Assembly (NCBI RefSeq): GCF_003704095.1
Contig: NW_020847569.1
Location: 434,001-498,000 of the forward strand
Reading direction: 5' to 3'
Length of the DNA: 64,000 nucleotides
DNA from: Pocillopora damicornis
Taxonomy: Eukaryota
Within the stretch, counting starts at the first letter, position 1. Each line of letters opens with the position of its first letter. The notes under the pieces were generated by a model. The model saw only the letters and a program-made list of their open reading frames with translations. It did not search any database and was not told the origin of the DNA. Positions 57,401-64,000 of the stretch are shown here, piece by piece. Made by a program: the position numbers and the translations under genes.

Positions 57401-59602
57401 CTGTTTCTGGTCTATTCCCATGTTCATCAACACAAATCCATTGCTCGTACATTACAACATCAGTATGTCTTTTCTCCATACTGTCCCCTATACATTTCTT
57501 GCAGAACAGATAATTTTTTTTTATGTTGAAGAGCTTCTGTGCTAATGATAATATCCTTAATTCTTATGAATTTTGTGTGTGACTCAACAGTGATACTGAA
57601 GGGAGATATAAGATACCTCTCACACCTACATTTTGTTCTGTTCAGGTTACAGATCAGAAAAATAACACTACACTGCCTTTTGATGAAAGAAATGGTAAAA
57701 TTTCCACACAACCCCATACCACATTATGCATTCAGTTCTTGGATAGACAAAACAATGACAAAAACAATACACGGCCATTGAGAAAACAGATTTGTTTTAC
57801 AATAGTATGGGGCTATGTAGAAATTTTACCAAAGAAATAAGCTTTCACAGTAATAACCTGAACAGAAAAGTCTATCATCATACCTTGTATTCACAAATGG
57901 AAGTGTGATATTCTAACTCCTCAACACGAATTTCATGTCGAGCAAAAAAGGGGCACTGTGTCCATCCTGCACTTGCATATTGCTGTTGAATTTTCAACAA
58001 AGATACTTTATTATCATTTTTGTCTTATCACTTACACTACTGTGCATCAGGCTTTTGATCAAGGTCATAATGTACACAATTTTTATTTGAGAATTAACTT
58101 GTTATATAATGTGAAAACATCAGAACAATGCAACCCTAAGCAGAAAAACAATGGCTAGACAACTTTAAAAAGACACTAAAAAAAACTATAAAATAAGGTG
58201 CCAGTGACATCATACCCTGTCTATCAGCATGCTTTGAAGAATGAGGAAGATTACGACAATACTCTGAAAAATTTCTGTATTACCCAAACTTCATAATGTG
58301 CATCCGGATCTTTTTTATAAGACAACAATGGCAAAAAAATAACCTTTTACTAAGGCTTTGTAATGAGAATGGGGTTATGCAGAAATTCTTCACAATGCAT
58401 GCACAGTAGGCATATTAAAATTAAACCTTAGAAAAAAACTGAGTGTTCAATCTAGATTGCCTATGTTTACGCTCAATTTAACCCTTTAGCTGGCAAACGT
58501 ACGAATTTGTAAGCTCTGACCCTATCCATGTTAAAAATCTCAGGGGACCCTCACATAGTGTTGTTTTGATTTCGTAAAGATTATTATGGTTTGTCAAGTC
58601 ACGTTTCTTAATTCGTAGCCGTATTTCTCACTGTTTTCATCCAAATGTTAACTGTTTTTTGCCAAAAAAAATCACACATGCAATACTATCCTTTTAAATA
58701 TGACGTTTGCATGGATTCCAGTTGAAGAGACACTGTGGACTGTGTAAGAGGACGAACCTAACGAGGTTTTGTCAAGTATTTCTGATGAAAATGAATAGGA
58801 GATTTCGACCACCACGAGAGTGAATCGAGCAGTGAAGAATTCTTTGAAGAGGATGGTACACTGTATTTCTTCAGATTCTGACAACACTGAAGTTTGCTAT
58901 GGATTGTAATTTTTTATAAGAACAGAACCATTTTTACCCTATTGTCTATTTATGGTTCTTTGTGCCATCAATAGACAGTAATTTGGTTGATTTCAAGTGA
59001 CGCTAGCAAGCTGTTGCCCAAGTATAGTTGTGCTATATCACATACCCTCTAATTTTTGAAAATTGCCAGGCCAAACCTTGACTTACAACAGAAGGCATAA
59101 CTTTGGTTGCAATAAAGATAATTGGACAGAATAAAAAGTGTTTGGTTTCTGAAATAATCTGCTTTTGCATGATATAAAGTAATGCTCACAAGCATGTAAT
59201 TGTCTTGTCTTATAAGGGCAGGAAAAACAAATAACACTTGGAACATTTTGTTATGCTCGGCCTTTCTTGCCCCAAATTCTGTGCACAAGGACCCATATCT
59301 AACAAAATAGTCTCGAAATGATTGTAAATTTTCTGCTCATTAAAATTATATATAGTTTATTGGGGTTAAACTAAAATGTGATGAGCTGTGGCCTGATTTG
59401 TCGGCTTACGTCATACAAAAACAAGAAGTTCCCAGGAACCTGCCAGCAAAAGGGTTAAAGCTAAAAATTCAGTGATGTTACTTTTCCTTACCTTTCGACA
59501 TTTCTCCAAATGGTAAGGAAATCTCTTTGCCTTCACTTTGTGGACCGGGTCATATGGGCAAATCTTCAAAGCATCTGGATCGTTTTCTACGCTGGAAGTC
59601 AT
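51452..59602 (-). CDS. GTSF1: GTSF1/Asterix-like tandem CHHC zinc-finger protein with an added dsRNA-binding domain, 11 exons, ~396 aa
   Basis: Exons (-): 59602-59492, 57982-57884, 57123-57096, 56856-56764, 55889-55754, 55148-55080, 54348-54269, 54164-53946, 52939-52713, 52216-52159, 51522-51452 (1191 nt, in frame, all GT-AG). Fingers CPYDPVH-x9-HLEKC and CPFFARH-x9-HTSIC; ETEDWE; dsRBD DFVSILNLYCQKNKINLPKY...STKKEARHDAAMHAVLGL; C-terminal GRGRG. Confidence 0.85.
53522..53748. repeat. Fold-back (inverted) copy of the Penelope-derived pLTR repeat in GTSF1-like intron 8
   Basis: aatttagtgttatcaa...aaattggcc...gctgacgtttt | aaatgtcagcc...ggccaattta...ttgataacactaaatt, then the same 3' tail as 26910-26972. 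Confidence 0.8.
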
Positions 59603-61473
59603 ACTTTTCTCTACAATTTCACCCCTCTGAAGACTTTAATCGAGAACAGCGTGAAACTAATGCCCGAAAAAAGTATCAAGCTTCTGGAAGGCCTTGGGAG
59701 CTACAATCGAGCATACCAAAACTAGCGAATACCGCTGAGCTGCTACGCACTCTCTCAACCCCCAACCTCATTACTGTGGAAAACTAAGGAAATAAGTTTG
59801 TGGTTACTTTCGAAAGTTGTCCTAGTGGAAATGAAAACCCCACAACAAAACGCAGAAGATTTTCAGGGAATGAACACACGGGCCGGGAGAAAAGCGTAGG
59901 AAAGAGAATGAAACTGTAAACATTTTTTTCACTTCGCTCTGCTTGGCATGTAGCGTTTTTTCCCTTACATGGGTTATTTTTCCACTCTGAAGCGTACAGT
60001 TTTTCGTGCAAAGAGATAATGAATCAGGAATGGCATGTATTCTCCTACGATTAGAAATTACAACTGAGCTGGTATAGACCCAAAAAAATCCAGCTTCACA
60101 AGATACCAAAGCATTCACGTAACATTTTTTGTGACGAGAATGGAAACTGGGATGTTGAGTCAAGAGTCTGTAATAGTTCCTTCCTTGTTGCTGAGAAAAG
60201 TCTCTAAAGATCTTTTCCAGTCTCAGGTGAAACAAGAGCTTTCCAGTTGATAGGCTTATCTCTCAGAAACCGGAAGTGCCTCCCCCTCCTTTGGTTGAAC
60301 GATTATACGTTCAAAAGGGTGGTGGCAATTGTTCTCTTTCATTTTTTTATGTTCCTCCTCAGAAGCTCTTGACTTCTCCTAATCGAAAATTATCATATTC
60401 TATAGTTAGTTGAGTAACACGTGTCTCTCAAGGATCTAATTAAGACTCATCGGATCAAACAATTCATGGGGAGAATCGAGTTTTTCCGACCGGCTAACCG
60501 ATTATAACGAAAAGTCAAAGCGAAAATCATTTTGAAGACAAGCTAAATGTACAGATAATTGTGCAAATTATATGATAACGTTTCCGTTTCGAACCAGAAA
60601 CGGCTCGATCTGCAGCTCAGAGCATAGCTCATCGTTCAATCGTTAACCACTTCCGGGAAGAGTCAAGCACGTGCACATATCAATGGAACTGAACATTTCG
60701 AGCCCTAATGAAATGCAATTGTTCAGAAGAAATGCTTACAACTTTAAAGTGGTTGTCCGTCATAACATTTAAGCAAATTTTTTTAAAGCATTTGAAGTGC
60801 TAAACTGTTCATAAGACACAATTGTACAGAAAAGAAAACAATTTTAAAACAATCCGTTCACGTATCAGTCCGGTTTTTTTCCATAACAAATATTTTGACA
60901 ATGCGGGATTCTCAGTAACCTTCCCTGGCTAGGTGAGGTTAAAAGCTTTTCTATTGTTAACATTCTAAATTGGTCACCTTTGTTTTTTAAATAGACCTGT
61001 GACCCTAGACCGATCAGTATAACACGTACGTGATCATCTTTTTGGCGCCAAACAAAGGAGATAACACGCTTTGAAAGCGACACGTATTACAATTCAGAAA
61101 AATATAGCAAAATTTTGATTCGATTATCAGTGGCTAGTACTTTACGCTAACTCCTTATAGTACGCGCCAATTTTTGCCTGGGACTTGTTTTGGAAGCCCA
61201 TTGGTGTGAAGGAAATTCTTCTTCCTTCCTTCCTTGAGAAGATGTCCTTGAGTAGCGTGTCCTGCCTGTATCAGCTGAACCAGGTGGACAAGTCGGCAAA
61301 GCATAGTGGGTAACATCAACAACATGCACAAAGCAGAGACTACTTTTTGCTCAAAAATCGCATTTTCCTCAATCGAACCCCGGTGTTCGCGCTGATTAGG
61401 CTTCAGGATGTGCTGAAACTCCTGCAGGGTCCTTGGTTTTTCTGTGGCGCTACAGTACGTTGATTTGATCGCA

Positions 61474-63510
61474 ATGGTTAAATTAAACGGGGTAAAAGAT
61501 CAAAGGACTACCGATTCGGCGCCAAGCTTAAGTTCGAGTGGCAGTGGATTGATATGCTTTATTTGTGGAGCGTTTAATGCAAACTGGCCTCTTTACTGTA
61601 GATCTCGAAATTCCGAGAAGATGCCGTTTTTTCCGTTCTTGGAGTATCATGTGCCTGCCGATGGTGCTCGACCGGTCGATAAAACAAGCGGACAGGTCGA
61701 CTCCTGTACGGTGTGTTTTTCCTTTCTCACTCAACAATGGCATGCTTTCGAAGAGAGCGCCACTCCAGTTGCAAAGCGAATTTACTGGCTGAAAAGGTCA
61801 GGTCCTGATTCAAGCGGAGAGAGACCTCAAAGCCCTGTTGAGAACAACCTAGCGAGAGGCGAAGAAACAATAGCTGGCAATAGCAACATCACAGTGGCAG
61901 GAGAGAATTTATTTGATAACGATAGTTCAGAGTTGTATCCGGCTGTTCATAGTGAACCGGCGGAAGGGAATTTTCTTGCCACCACTTCAGACGTGGAAAA
62001 CGTTAATCCGGTTTCCGAAGATTCAGCTGGTCCTTTGGTGGAGAATTCACCGCTAAATGCTTTTCCTCGTCGTTCTGTAGGCCTTGAAACTTGTTACATC
62101 TGCAGTAGGAGAAAGCCGAAAGAATTCATGAGAAGTGTACACACAAGACCGCAGCTTAAAACCGAGACACCGTTTTATCCATGTCTTGCACGACATGTTC
62201 CTCCCACAATCGCAAAGCAAATGGACTACCTGGGTAAAGTTCTTGTCTGTGAAGCTTGTCAAAAGTTTTTATTTCGTCAATGGCAAGTCTTTCAGAAGAA
62301 TTCCACTCCATTGAGTGAGAGACAGTACCAATTAAGATCTGACCCCTCCCTTCCTAGGGAGCAGCAGTCTCAGCTGTCAACCATGGTTTGTTTTGTCTGT
62401 GGAGTCACACAGCCTGCAACATCAGGAAGATTTCTGTATTCACGAAAGCATACACCAGGACACCCCTATTATCCATTTCTTAACAATCTGCCCACTCCAG
62501 AGGGAGCCATGCCATTAACAAAACAAGGGTTGACAAGAGCTTGCAGCGGCTGTCGTAAATCACTCCATAGACAGTGGAAACACTTTGAAGCTGCTGGGAT
62601 TTGTGAAGACAAAAGGGAATATAGAATTCGTAATGAGGTCATGGTTCAGTCAGCTGGAGGTACACCAGAAGAGACCGAGACAATGGCTAAGATTGCTTGC
62701 TACACTTGTGGTCAGTATTGTTCTGAATCTGACTTGCGGCCTGTTCACACTAAACCAAACACCAATCCCCTCAAAGACAACTTCTACTTTCCATTCATAG
62801 CATCATTGACACCTCCAAAAGATAGCAGACCCCTGGATGCAGAGGGTCGGACATTTCTTTGCAAGAAATGCTACAAACAACTGAGGTCAGAGTGGGAAGG
62901 GTTTGAGCAAAGCAAAAAACCTCAGGATGAACGCTCTTATGCAGTTAAACTAAGTCCAGCAATCACAGAGGATCTAGAGATTTCTGCAGTTTGTTTTCTT
63001 TGTGGTCTCAGTATTAACTCGACACTTCATTTTAAGCTGTATTCCTATCCACACAGTGGTAAGGGTGTTCATGATGGAGGCCCATTCTTTCCCTTCCTGT
63101 CATCTAGAGAACCTGCTATCAATGCTCAACCTATAGATGGTGAAGGAACTGCTGTTACTTGTGAGATTTGTTACCATAACCTTATGATGCAGTGGAATGC
63201 TTATGAAAGTTCAGACATTCCTGAGGAATCCAACAGATGGCTACGAAAGTATTTGGTATCAACCATAAACTGTTATCTGTGTTGCAAACAAGTGTCAAGG
63301 CTCTCATCTGGAGCTGTAAATAAGCAGTTGATATCGTTTCCATCCCATCACCAGCCACCAAAAAGTGGAATTTTGGTAAATAATGGCAGAGATGTTGTCC
63401 TGTGCAATAATTGTCAGCGGGAGGTTCAAAGAGACCTGGAAGCAATGGATGATTCTAATGGTGTAACAATTAGGCTGATGCAGGAATGGGATAATCAAGG
63501 TGCAGACAAG
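61474..63510 (+). CDS. Large 5' coding exon of a plexus/GSE1-like protein with tandem Cys4 repeats (gene continues beyond the window)
   Basis: Five full repeats C-x2-C...P(F/Y)(F/Y)PFL...P..A.P.D..G....C..C...L..QW..FE....P...R.Y and a divergent sixth; GT donor at 63511. Confidence 0.75.
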
Positions 63511-64000
63511 GTAAGACTTGCTCAGATGACTTGAACACAGCATTTTGTTAAGTTTATTTAACATTTTGTCAGGTCTTGTTTGTTATCCTGCGTGTTGAGG
63601 AACACATTGAGGAAAAAAAAAAGTAATTCAGGTGATCCTCTCCAGCAGGGCTAGGACTTGGTCTTGTTGATAACTTGTCTGTTCACCTTTTCTTCAACTT
63701 AAAAGTCTTAACCATATCTTTCAAATATGATTGATTCCACATGGCTGCTGTGCATTGTATGCTAAGTGTATAGTATTTTTACATTAAAGAAAGCTGTAAT
63801 CTGCCTTTTTGAAAAAAATCATTTATCATTTCTGAAATTCTTATCAACCTTTATGTTTTTAACTATATTTATTTAATAATTATTTAGAAATTACAATCTC
63901 TCAAACCCCTTTTAAAGAAGATTTTTTTCATGGAGTTGAAAGCTTCTCTTATCAATAGATAAGAAGAATTGAAAAATGAAAGTTGAAAGAGGAAATATTT

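Overview
Eukaryotic, intron-containing, AT-rich genomic DNA. The repeat families and gene content suggest a cnidarian, probably a scleractinian coral (inference). There are three assembly gaps: 569-603, 3930-4029 and 26751-26850. Bases 1-18 kb are a nested transposon graveyard: a near-intact Bel/Pao LTR retrotransposon plus a solo LTR, two rearranged Transib/RAG1-core-like transposase relics (each with a head-to-head partner ORF or its remnant), and piggyBac, Mutator-like, Penelope-like and LINE fragments. Bases 20.8-64 kb are genic: 12-exon PIGU (+); a block of single-ORF genes (a 109-aa GxxxG protein, FAM92/CIBAR-like, a TRIM45-like gene and a TRIM-NHL gene); 6-exon mitochondrial PRORP/MRPP3 (+); an 11-exon GTSF1/Asterix-like gene (-) that unexpectedly carries a dsRNA-binding domain; and a large 5' coding exon of a plexus/GSE1-like Cys-repeat gene (+). 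The most interesting items are the GTSF1-dsRBD fusion, the two-gene RAG1-like element, a densely base-paired possibly pseudoknotted ~330-nt candidate RNA at 32.7-33.06 kb, and minimal hammerhead ribozymes in Penelope-derived repeats. All homology calls come from motif recognition by eye; no searches were run.
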